The notes beneath the pieces are model-generated. The model saw nothing but the letters and a program-made list of their open reading frames with translations, had not been told where the DNA came from and made no database searches. The position numbers and the translations under genes are program-made. Of a stretch of DNA of 64,000 nt, positions 17,588-26,065 are shown one piece after another. Source of the stretch: Opitutia bacterium (GTDB lineage: Bacteria; Verrucomicrobiota; Verrucomicrobiia; Opitutales; T3Sed10-336). Each line of letters starts with the position of its first letter. Position 1 is the stretch's first letter. The stretch spans positions 1 through 64,000 of the forward strand of contig JBJHCF010000017.1 in NCBI GenBank assembly GCA_050506795.1, in the 5' to 3' direction.

Positions 17588-20500
17588 TTAATCAACTTTC
17601 ACAATTCGCAACCGCAGGAAGCGCCGCGCTGCGGATTCGGAGAAGGGGACGGAATCGGCGATCCTCATCCAGTCGCCGTCGGTGTTTTCATCCAGGTGGA
17701 TGCGTGAATCGTAGAGAACGTCATTCCACTCATCGAGATCCGCCGAGGCTTCCACAATGTACGCGATATCCGTCTTGGCCGGATCGCGCCGGAAGCGTAG
17801 CGCGGCAGTTTCGCCATCAGTCTCGAAAGCCGGGAGTTGAACTTCTCCCGTCGGGTTGTCGCTTGCGTCGAGTGCGTAGCGCAGGAGAAGCGGAAGGCCC
17901 TCGCCGTGCGGATCCTGGTAAGGATCGGCCTCTTCCGGCGACAAATCCGGGTATTTCCGGCTCAGCCATAGGCTGAAGGACTCGGGCGGATGCGCTCCGC
18001 TGGCGATGAGGACATCGTCCAGGCGAATCTCAGCCCGCGGGCCGCTGGTTACGGATTGATGGTAGTAACGCCATTGCAGTTGGAGGTCCGGTTGGTCCTC
18101 CAGCTCGGACGGGAGCCGCACCGGACCGAAAGCGACCTCGTGACCCGCGACCTCGTTCCTCACGTACTCGATCGGGTCCATTGCCGGCAGATCGTCCCAT
18201 TCGGCGTCGGAACCAACCCGGTACTGAAGGCGCAACGCATAGACCCGGCTGTTGGGCGTAACGGTACCGGCCACCCAGGACACGTCGATATCGCTGACGC
18301 CGGTGGTGTCCAGCGCGAGCAACGCCGAGCCGACATCACGGCCGCGTCCGGTATTGATGAAACTGATACCGGCTTCGCCGAGCCCGTTGATTCGCGTGCG
18401 GCTGCTCGCGGCGTAGGGAAAGGCAACATTCCCGGGTTCAGCCGCGTCTTCCTCGGGTATGTGATAGGCGTAAAGGAGTTCCGTTTCCAGGTCGGGATCG
18501 TCGGTATCGCTTTGCAGAAACAGCATGTGTCCCGGATAGGTTCCCGCGGGTTCGTCCGGAGACCAGAAGTTGAAGGAAAAATTACCCTCTGTCAGGGAAA
18601 ACGGTTCCGGGTACACCAGGATGTTGAATGATGCCGTTACCGCCGGATTCACTTCGTCGTCCGCCTGCACCGTTACGGTTACTCCGCCGGCGCGTAGGCC
18701 CGACAGGGTCAGGAAAGCACCGTCCAGGGTAGGCGAAAGCACCGTCAGGTCGGTGGATGTTGCCTGGAAATTCAAGGTCGCTTCATTCGGATGGGTAAAC
18801 CAATCCTCCAGGTTGAGAATCGTCGAATCCCCGGCGGCAGTCAGCGCGATCCGTTCTGGAATCGCTTCTTCATTGACCACCGGCGGCAGCACGGTGCCCG
18901 GAAGCCCGACTCCGGACAAGGTCACATCATCGAAGCGATTATTTCCTAAAGTGCCGCCCTCTCCCTGCTCGAAGGTGATGCGCACCGCGAAATCCGGGTT
19001 GTCGGCCACTCCGGAAGTTTCAGTGAAATCGAACCTTCGGAACTGGGGCGCCAAATCGAAAACGGTGTAGGTGTCGTATTCATTCCAGGTTTGGCCATCG
19101 AGGGTGTACGACAGCTTTTGCAGGCCGGCGCCTTGTCCGGAGCGCCGGGTCAGAAACTCGAGCACGATCTCATCGTACCCGGTGGTGGGAAGGGAAAACG
19201 TGAGCTCGGAGCCCAGGGGATAGTTCACTCGCAGATGTCGCGTTTCGAAATCACCCCCGGTGTTGGAAATCGCCTCTGTCGTCGGCCCGGGCTGCAGACT
19301 CAGCATTCCGCCTCCCAAGGTGAACGATGGGTCGAACACGGTCGCGGCGTCCTCAAAATCCCACTCGTGTAAGGCGATGGGAAGCTCGGCCAGCGGGATC
19401 GGCTCGAACACGGCCGTCACCTGCGTGTTCTGGGTCATCGTCAATGAGACAACGGGATCGGTGGAGAAGAAGTCATGCTCCGGGATTTCACCCAGGACCA
19501 CCCAGTAGTTCAAGTCGTTGAAATCACCCCCATTCCCGGGCAGAACGATCAACTCGCCGGCATTAACCGCTTGTTCCCAGACGTCGAACGTTCCCGCGGT
19601 GGTTTCCACGGTCATGGTCGTGGGGGAAAAATCGGAGGTCAACCAGTCGGGCTCGGAGGAGGGATGGTTGATGACGTAGACTGTCGTATTCGCGTCCACC
19701 TCAAAGGCGAGGTAAGGACCGCTTTGTTTGATGGGTTCGGATCCCACGGCGACCCCGTCATACCATGTGCGCCTGCTTTGGCTGCTGGTCGGGACGTCAT
19801 GAATAAAGACGTCGATTTCACCGTTTTCATCGGCGACGGCATTGCCCAGGAAAGCCGCCAGCATGATCCGATTGCCTTCCGCCGTCAGAATCGAGGTGGT
19901 CCAATTGAGCGTGTCGGCCTCGACCACATCGTTGTGATTTGGGTCGTACAGTTCGTTCTCGCGCTGGTCGTTGCCGTAGCTCAATCCGGCCCGAAGCGTC
20001 CAGGGGTTTCCATCGCGCCAGAACAGGGCGGTGACCGGATAGGCTGTGCCGGCCTCGAGATCGCGAATGGTCGTTTTCAGTTCCCGGGTGTTCTCCGGTC
20101 CATTCGATCCCCCTCCGAAGGCCTGAAGGATCGAACCACCATTGCCAAAGGTCGCTCTGACGACCCACTCATCGGCTCCAGAAGGCGACCCCGCAGGGGG
20201 TTGAAACTCCCCGGAGCCGTCAGCCAGCGTCGTGTTCGCTCCGGGCAAAGGGATGCCGGAGGTATCGCGATCGGGAACGGCGTCGGTATAACTCCATTCG
20301 ATCTCCGCAGTCGGTGTCGCCTCTCCTTCGTCGAGCCAGGTGGCGTCCGAATTGGCGGTTCTGAGGACAATTCTCCCCGCCAATTCCGGCGGAAGCGAGG
20401 TGATCGTGATTTCCTCGTCGGTGAACGGCCGCTCGCCTACCTCTGCCAAACCGATTTCGAATTGGCCTTGCCCGATATCGTCACGGATGCTCACCTGCCC

Positions 20501-22960
20501 GGCCCCGATCAAACCGTCCACGCTCCAACCCGCCAGCCGGTAGCCTGCCCGCGGGATGGCCTCGAGCTCGATCGGGACTCCACTGAAATACAGGCCCGTC
20601 CAGGGGTAGGGATCGCTTGCCACACCCGGCGTGCCTTCGTGGATTTCCATTGTGTTGACACGAACATGGCCCCGTGCGGAATCCGATACGTTCACCGTCA
20701 CCTCGGCGTCTCCGGAAAGCCCGAACCGGCTCCGAATGCGCTGCCGCTGGCGCGTGGGCTGATCGTAGGCGTAGTTGATCATATCGCTCAGGTTGCGGGT
20801 GTGCCGGGAATCGTGCGGCTCCCACGGGTAGGCATGGAGGAAGTAATCAATGCTCCACCGGTGTTGGTGATCGGCGAGGTCGGGCCCAAGCCTCGCGTAC
20901 TCGTTCAGAACCAGGGACTCCACCCGTTCCGGAGCGAACGTGATGTTGATGAGATCGGCGAAGCGATTGATGAAGCGGTTTCTGAATTCGTGATTATCCA
21001 GGAGGTTGCGGAAAATATGTACATTGTTGAAGGCGGTGCCCAGGTAGTCGCTCGTGTTCAGGCTGTATTCGAAATCCTGGGTGAAGATCCGCCACCTTCC
21101 GTCCCCGAATTTATCATCCACCGGTTCCCGTGCCCGCCAGAAGCCGTTTTCAAAGTGGGTGTTACCGAAGTAGATGTTCGGAATGAGGTGGTCGATGTAG
21201 CTGCGGATGCACAGCATTTCCTCCGCCTGGCGGTAGAGGTTGTCGTTGGCCATGTCCTGGTTGAGGATAAACGACCGCATGGAATTGAAAACGTTCATGT
21301 CGCCCGATACCCCCGTCTCCAGGCTGTGATTGTCGTTCCATCCGGTGGACCAGGTGATGATGACGTTGTCGGGATCGAGATGGAAATGGTTCGCCAGGTG
21401 ATGTTGATCGAAACGGTCGCGCACGGCCGTCAGCCCCCAGTATTCGCCGTTGATGAACTGCACCACGTTCCGTAGGCGAGAGACGCCCTCAAACACCTCC
21501 CCCATCAATTTATGCACGGTCCATTCATTCATATAGGGCCCCCCCGATCCGGGGCCGCGAACGTGAATCCGTTTGAACACATCGTTCTCTGGATTGGTGG
21601 CGAACGGCAGATCCCAGGGATAAATCCGGTGCTGGAATACATTGACGCTGTCGTAGCGACTGCGGGCGTAGAGGCGCAGGCTTTTGGAACGCATTCCCCG
21701 GCTGGCGTTGCCATGAATCCGGAATCCCATTCCCTGGTTGATGGCGGCCCCGTCGCCGTCGGGCTCGAAGAACTCGAGCCGCGCCGGGTATTCCCATTGA
21801 TCTCCTCGACGCTGCCAGTTGTAGGGCGCTTGCCAGTGTTCCGTACCGCCGGCGTTAGCGTCCGGGTTGTTCGTGCGCCAGGTATCAAAATCGCTTCCCG
21901 CTGTGTAGAGACCCGTTTCGTAGCCAAAGAGCAGATCCTCCTGAACCTGGAGGCTCATGATGGGATGATCGAACGGGTTTCCGTCCGGATCGACAAAGTA
22001 GGTGTTGCCCCTTGCATACGACGGCAAGTTCCCCGGCTTGTAGGCGCGGGCCTGCACCACCGTCCCTTTGTACACCGGGGAATCGGGTAAATAGTAAGGG
22101 TCCGGGTGCCAGGTCGAAGAAATCTGCGCTAGCTTGTCGGGTTCCCCCGACCGGTCGACGACCGGGATGGGGCCGCTGTACAGGTGACTTCGGTAGGAAT
22201 GCTCCAGGAACTCGCCGAACGGGTCCCCCGGCCGGTGAGGCCAGTTGTTTTTGTATTGATAGGTGGTGCCTTCGAGATTGTCGATGTCGGGCGTCGAACC
22301 GTCCAGAGTATAGATAATGATGGCGTCCGGATCGGGATGCGACAGCGTCAGCTCGAAATTCGCATCGTGGAATCCCCCCTGATGGGAAAACGTGACCGGC
22401 TCCAGTACGGAGGCGTAGGTCGTTGTGTTGTTGGGACCACCGGGGGTGGGCTCATCGAAGAAAAACCAGGTATCACCCGCGCCGGGCGCCCGGCCGATGG
22501 AAATGTCGTTTGGCACCAGGGTCGACGGGAGGTAATCGACCAGGACTCCCTGGGGATCGGTCAACAGAACGTGCTCCCCGGTCAGACTGATGCGGAAATC
22601 GGTGTGGAGCGTTCCGTCCCCTTCGCCCCCGGTCCCCGGGCGGTCCTTCCCTGACGCCCAAATCAGCAGGTATTCCCCGGCTCCCAGGGTGGTTCCGGCC
22701 GGCAGGGTCCAGCGAAAGGGGTGTTGCGGATCATTCGAAAGCCCCCAGCCGGACAGATCAACTTCGGAGGCCCCGTGGTTGTAAAGTTCGATCCAATCCT
22801 CGTAATCGCCGTCCTCGTCCGCGATCGTCGTGCTGTTCGCAGCCATGATCTCGTTTAAACTGACGGTGCCGTCGGCGGGGGAGATCCAGAAAAGCAGCAG
22901 GAGGCAGGTCGTTATAACGCGCGCGGATACGACCCGGTAGGCGAGGGTGTTCATCTTCAA
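17588..22960 (-). CDS. CotH-kinase-family multidomain secreted protein (lamin-tail domain, Fn3/chitobiase-like domain, CotH, inserted cassette, beta-sandwich domains, C-terminal sorting-like domain)
   Basis: Signal peptide; LTD (LNEIMAAN...DWIELYN...PTPGGPN); IIYTLDGSTP; GFRIHGNASR...KSLRLYAR, FINGEYWGL, DGRWR; C-terminal RRFLRLRIV. Confidence 0.88.
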   Translation of the reverse strand: MKMNTLAYRVVSARVITTCLLLLFWISPADGTVSLNEIMAANSTTIADEDGDYEDWIELYNHGASEVDLSGWGLSNDPQHPFRWTLPAGTTLGAGEYLLIWASGKDRPGTGGEGDGTLHTDFRISLTGEHVLLTDPQGVLVDYLPSTLVPNDISIGRAPGAGDTWFFFDEPTPGGPNNTTTYASVLEPVTFSHQGGFHDANFELTLSHPDPDAIIIYTLDGSTPDIDNLEGTTYQYKNNWPHRPGDPFGEFLEHSYRSHLYSGPIPVVDRSGEPDKLAQISSTWHPDPYYLPDSPVYKGTVVQARAYKPGNLPSYARGNTYFVDPDGNPFDHPIMSLQVQEDLLFGYETGLYTAGSDFDTWRTNNPDANAGGTEHWQAPYNWQRRGDQWEYPARLEFFEPDGDGAAINQGMGFRIHGNASRGMRSKSLRLYARSRYDSVNVFQHRIYPWDLPFATNPENDVFKRIHVRGPGSGGPYMNEWTVHKLMGEVFEGVSRLRNVVQFINGEYWGLTAVRDRFDQHHLANHFHLDPDNVIITWSTGWNDNHSLETGVSGDMNVFNSMRSFILNQDMANDNLYRQAEEMLCIRSYIDHLIPNIYFGNTHFENGFWRAREPVDDKFGDGRWRIFTQDFEYSLNTSDYLGTAFNNVHIFRNLLDNHEFRNRFINRFADLINITFAPERVESLVLNEYARLGPDLADHQHRWSIDYFLHAYPWEPHDSRHTRNLSDMINYAYDQPTRQRQRIRSRFGLSGDAEVTVNVSDSARGHVRVNTMEIHEGTPGVASDPYPWTGLYFSGVPIELEAIPRAGYRLAGWSVDGLIGAGQVSIRDDIGQGQFEIGLAEVGERPFTDEEITITSLPPELAGRIVLRTANSDATWLDEGEATPTAEIEWSYTDAVPDRDTSGIPLPGANTTLADGSGEFQPPAGSPSGADEWVVRATFGNGGSILQAFGGGSNGPENTRELKTTIRDLEAGTAYPVTALFWRDGNPWTLRAGLSYGNDQRENELYDPNHNDVVEADTLNWTTSILTAEGNRIMLAAFLGNAVADENGEIDVFIHDVPTSSQSRRTWYDGVAVGSEPIKQSGPYLAFEVDANTTVYVINHPSSEPDWLTSDFSPTTMTVETTAGTFDVWEQAVNAGELIVLPGNGGDFNDLNYWVVLGEIPEHDFFSTDPVVSLTMTQNTQVTAVFEPIPLAELPIALHEWDFEDAATVFDPSFTLGGGMLSLQPGPTTEAISNTGGDFETRHLRVNYPLGSELTFSLPTTGYDEIVLEFLTRRSGQGAGLQKLSYTLDGQTWNEYDTYTVFDLAPQFRRFDFTETSGVADNPDFAVRITFEQGEGGTLGNNRFDDVTLSGVGLPGTVLPPVVNEEAIPERIALTAAGDSTILNLEDWFTHPNEATLNFQATSTDLTVLSPTLDGAFLTLSGLRAGGVTVTVQADDEVNPAVTASFNILVYPEPFSLTEGNFSFNFWSPDEPAGTYPGHMLFLQSDTDDPDLETELLYAYHIPEEDAAEPGNVAFPYAASSRTRINGLGEAGISFINTGRGRDVGSALLALDTTGVSDIDVSWVAGTVTPNSRVYALRLQYRVGSDAEWDDLPAMDPIEYVRNEVAGHEVAFGPVRLPSELEDQPDLQLQWRYYHQSVTSGPRAEIRLDDVLIASGAHPPESFSLWLSRKYPDLSPEEADPYQDPHGEGLPLLLRYALDASDNPTGEVQLPAFETDGETAALRFRRDPAKTDIAYIVEASADLDEWNDVLYDSRIHLDENTDGDWMRIADSVPFSESAARRFLRLRIVKVD

Positions 22961-23012
22961 ACGTATTGCAAATCATTGCGATCTCGGCAAGCCCGCCGCC
23001 GCAATAAATCCA

Positions 23013-23026
23013 TGAATATCGTTGCA
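23013..23026 (-). promoter_or_regulatory. Putative degenerate LacI-type operator upstream of CotH gene
   Basis: Minus strand reads TGCAACGATATTCA, about 50 nt before the start codon. Confidence 0.5.
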
Positions 23027-23068
23027 CACCCGGCCCGGAAACGGGGTGGGATTTTGGGAGGATACCCT

Positions 23069-25018
23069 TCAGGAGTGCGCCAAAGAGGATCTTTCCGCGG
23101 CTGGGGTTTGCCGGCCGCGCCAGCGGTCGAGGACGCGGCGGTGAAGGTCGTCCGGTGCCAGTCCGTGAGCGGCGCGGAGTTCGTCCACGCCGGATCCGTG
23201 TTCTATGAACCGGTCGGGCCAGCCGATGCGTTCCAGCGGGATCAGGCATTCCGCGTCGGCGAGAGCCTCCATTACCGCCGATCCGAATCCGCCGGTGACG
23301 ACGTGGTCTTCCATGGTGACCAGCATTCGGAAGGCGGCGGCGTGTTCCCGGAGGAGGCCGTCGTCGATCGGTTTGGCAAAGCGGGCGTTGACCACGCAGA
23401 CCGAAAGGCCTTCCTCGGACTCGAGCCGTTCGGCCAGGGCGAGGGCGTCCTGAATCATGGGACCGAGAGCCCAGATGGCGAGATCGGAGCCTTCGCGCAA
23501 TATTTCCGCTTTACCCAGGGAAAGGCGGCCGGGCACCTTTTTGATGGGCACGCCGAGCCCGGCGCCGCGCGGATAGCGGATAAACGTGGGGGAGGGGGTT
23601 TGAATGGAGGTGTGCAGCATGTCCACCAGTTCGTCTTCGTCTTTCGGTTGCATCACAATGGCGTTGGGAATGCAGCGCAGGTAGGCGATGTCGAACAGCC
23701 CGTGGTGGGTGGGACCGTCGTTGGGCGAGAGGCCGGCCCGGTCGAGGGCGAAGGAAACTGGGAGGTTTTGCAGGCAGATGTCGTGCACGATCGGGTCGAA
23801 GCCGCGCTGGAGGAAAGTGGAGTAGATTGCGCAAACCGGGTGCAGGCCGCACGCGGCCAAACCTCCGGCGAAGAGAACGGCGTGTTCTTCGGCGATGCCG
23901 ACATCGAAATACTGTTCGGGAATCGCATCCCGCAGCAGGTTGAGACCGGTGCCGCTGGGCATCGCGCCGGTGATGCCCACCAGGTTCGGGTTGTCCTGGG
24001 CAAACCGTACCATGGCTTCGCCGAATACGTCCTGGTAATTGGGAGGAGCGGACTTTTTCCCGGGTTTGCTTTCGCCGGTGGCCAGGTCGAACGCGCTGGT
24101 GCCATGGAAACGTTCCGGGTGGCCGATGGCGGCGTCGTAACCTTTTCCCTTCTTGGTGAGAATGTGCACCACGATCGGCTGGTCGGACTGGCGGGCGAAA
24201 TCGAGGTTCTTGTGCAGCAGTTCGAGGTCGTGCCCGTCGAAGGGCCCCAGGTAGCGCAGGCCGTATTTTTCGAAAATGCAGGAAGGGACGAAGATGTTTT
24301 TGGCGCTCTGTTTGGTGCGCGAACCCATTCGGCGGAGGGATTCGCCGCCGGGAATGTGTTTCAGGAAGGATTCCAGGTCGTGGTGCACCCGGTTGTAGAT
24401 GGGGTTGGTGATCAGTTCGTTGAGATAAGTGGCCAGGGCGCCCACGTTTTTGTCGATCGACCACTCGTTGTCGTTGAGCACCACAATCAGCCGGCTGGTG
24501 TGGGCCACGATGTTGTTGAGCGCCTCCATGGTGATGCCGCAGGTGAGCGCGGCGTCGCCGATAACGGCCACCACGTGTTCGTCTCCGCCCCGCCGGTCGC
24601 GGGCGGCCGCCATTCCCAGGGCGGCGGAAAGGGCCGTTCCGGCGTGCCCGGCGCCCCAGATGTCGTGTTGGCTTTCCTCGCGCGTGAGGAAACCGCTGTA
24701 GCCGTTGGTCCGGCGAATGCGGTCGAATTTCCCGTCCTGCCGCCCGGTCAGGAGCTTGTGCACATAGCCCTGATGGGAAACATCGAAAACAAATTTGTCC
24801 TTGGGGGAGGAAAAGGTGCGGTGCAGGGCCAGGGTCAGTTCCACCACACCCAGGTTCGGACCGACGTGACCGCCGTTCGCCGAGGTGACCTCGAGAATGC
24901 GGCGGCGGATTTCGTCGGCGAGACGGGGCAGCTGATCGAAAGGAATCCTTTTCAGGTCTTCCGGAGAGGCGATTTGAGGAAGAAGTGGTTCGCCGGGTTT
25001 ATCGGATGGTTTTGCCAT
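23069..25018 (-). CDS. dxs: 1-deoxy-D-xylulose-5-phosphate synthase
   Basis: GGHVGPNLGVVELT, FDVSHQGYVHK, GDAALTCG...LNDN, FDVGIAEEH, IYSTFLQR, DGPTHHG. Confidence 0.97.
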   Translation of the reverse strand: MAKPSDKPGEPLLPQIASPEDLKRIPFDQLPRLADEIRRRILEVTSANGGHVGPNLGVVELTLALHRTFSSPKDKFVFDVSHQGYVHKLLTGRQDGKFDRIRRTNGYSGFLTREESQHDIWGAGHAGTALSAALGMAAARDRRGGDEHVVAVIGDAALTCGITMEALNNIVAHTSRLIVVLNDNEWSIDKNVGALATYLNELITNPIYNRVHHDLESFLKHIPGGESLRRMGSRTKQSAKNIFVPSCIFEKYGLRYLGPFDGHDLELLHKNLDFARQSDQPIVVHILTKKGKGYDAAIGHPERFHGTSAFDLATGESKPGKKSAPPNYQDVFGEAMVRFAQDNPNLVGITGAMPSGTGLNLLRDAIPEQYFDVGIAEEHAVLFAGGLAACGLHPVCAIYSTFLQRGFDPIVHDICLQNLPVSFALDRAGLSPNDGPTHHGLFDIAYLRCIPNAIVMQPKDEDELVDMLHTSIQTPSPTFIRYPRGAGLGVPIKKVPGRLSLGKAEILREGSDLAIWALGPMIQDALALAERLESEEGLSVCVVNARFAKPIDDGLLREHAAAFRMLVTMEDHVVTGGFGSAVMEALADAECLIPLERIGWPDRFIEHGSGVDELRAAHGLAPDDLHRRVLDRWRGRQTPAAERSSLAHS

Positions 25019-25039
25019 GTTTTTAAGGGCGCAAGGCGT

Positions 25040-25306
25040 TTACTGTTCCCGGTCGGGATCGAAGTCTTCGAATGCCGGTGGCTCGTCCGGATCGCCTGAT
25101 CCTCGCTTCAGCAATTGGATCTTCAATTCCGCATCGTGCAGACGTTTTTCACAAAGTTTGAGGAGTTTCCCCCCTTCCTCGTAACGCGCGATCAGCTCTG
25201 CCAGAGGCACATCGCCGCTTTCCATTCGCCCGATAATCGCCTCCAGTTTTTCCAGGGCGGTCTCGAAGCTCAGATCACTGTTGTTTTTTTCTTTGGCCTT
25301 GGACAC
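25040..25306 (-). CDS. xseB: Exodeoxyribonuclease VII small subunit
   Basis: SFETALEKLEAII-x-MESGDVPL...YEEG...L..AE; adjacent to dxs. Confidence 0.93.
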   Translation of the reverse strand: MSKAKEKNNSDLSFETALEKLEAIIGRMESGDVPLAELIARYEEGGKLLKLCEKRLHDAELKIQLLKRGSGDPDEPPAFEDFDPDREQ

Positions 25307-25392
25307 ACTGGAACGATGGCGGTAATTGTGTCGTTTTCAACCCATTCCTGCAATCGCGCGGCGGCGCAACCCTGGACACCGGAAAAGAAAGC

Positions 25393-25968
25393 ATGGCCTA
25401 CGCGGACGAACCCAATGTAATCAGTGAACGTGGCGGCAAAAAGCGATACCTGTTCGTCGCCCTGGGGGTGGCGGCTTTTTTGCTGATTGTTTTCAGTTCG
25501 GTGCTGGAGCCCTGGTTCCGGGAATTTCAGCGCCGGCAGACTCCTTCCGGGCCGCATGGCGGCGATCTGTACTTCATCACCCTGGAGGATCAGCGGGTTT
25601 CGCTGGAGCTCGCCCGGATTGCCCCGGCCAACTGGCTTACGATTTTTATGCGTCCCGCCCGGCCCTATCCTGGATGGGATCCGGCTAACTACCGGATTTC
25701 CTACTTTATTTCCGGCATGCGCGAACCCGATTTCCTGGAGTGGCACGAAGGGGATATGGCGCTGTTTCCGCCGGATGCTCCGCCGGAATTCGACCCCCTT
25801 GATCCGGACGTGGGACGGGTTCCCCGGATTGAAGGTTTTTACGGCCCCTCCTCATTCACCTTTCCCGCCGCGGTCGATTACCGCTTGCAGATCCGCATCT
25901 ACCGAGGCGACGAACTGGTTTGGGAGGGCGAGCGCTGGTCGTACGGACCGACCGCCCACCGGCATTGA
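25393..25968 (+). CDS. Hypothetical membrane-anchored protein with GPHGG motif
   Basis: Single N-terminal TM helix; GPHGG; C-terminal HRH; fills the gap between recognisable genes. Confidence 0.7.
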   Translation: MAYADEPNVISERGGKKRYLFVALGVAAFLLIVFSSVLEPWFREFQRRQTPSGPHGGDLYFITLEDQRVSLELARIAPANWLTIFMRPARPYPGWDPANYRISYFISGMREPDFLEWHEGDMALFPPDAPPEFDPLDPDVGRVPRIEGFYGPSSFTFPAAVDYRLQIRIYRGDELVWEGERWSYGPTAHRH

Positions 25969-25993
25969 GGGACGAGGTGCGTGGGGCGAGGGG

Positions 25994-26024
25994 TTTTAGA
26001 TTTCAAATTTCAAATTTGAGATTC
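25994..26024. repeat. Heptamer tandem repeat (TTTCAAA/TTTGAGA)
   Basis: TTTTAGA TTTCAAA TTTCAAA TTTGAGA in intergenic DNA; related sequence at 35327-35355. Confidence 0.55.
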
Positions 26025-26065
26025 GGTTTGCGGCTGGATCGGCCGGTTCTCATGGTGGAGGGCTT

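Noticed and set aside
7310..22960. Diversity-generating retroelement or shufflon explaining the repeated gene segments
   Set aside because: No reverse transcriptase or recombinase in the window, all copies are in-frame coding, and mismatches are mainly synonymous rather than adenine-specific.
22976..25099. 707-aa plus-strand ORF (also 13163-15043, 19475-21475, 4776-6494 and other long antisense ORFs)
   Set aside because: These lie opposite well-supported genes, have no recognisable motifs, and are expected shadows of high-GC codon bias.
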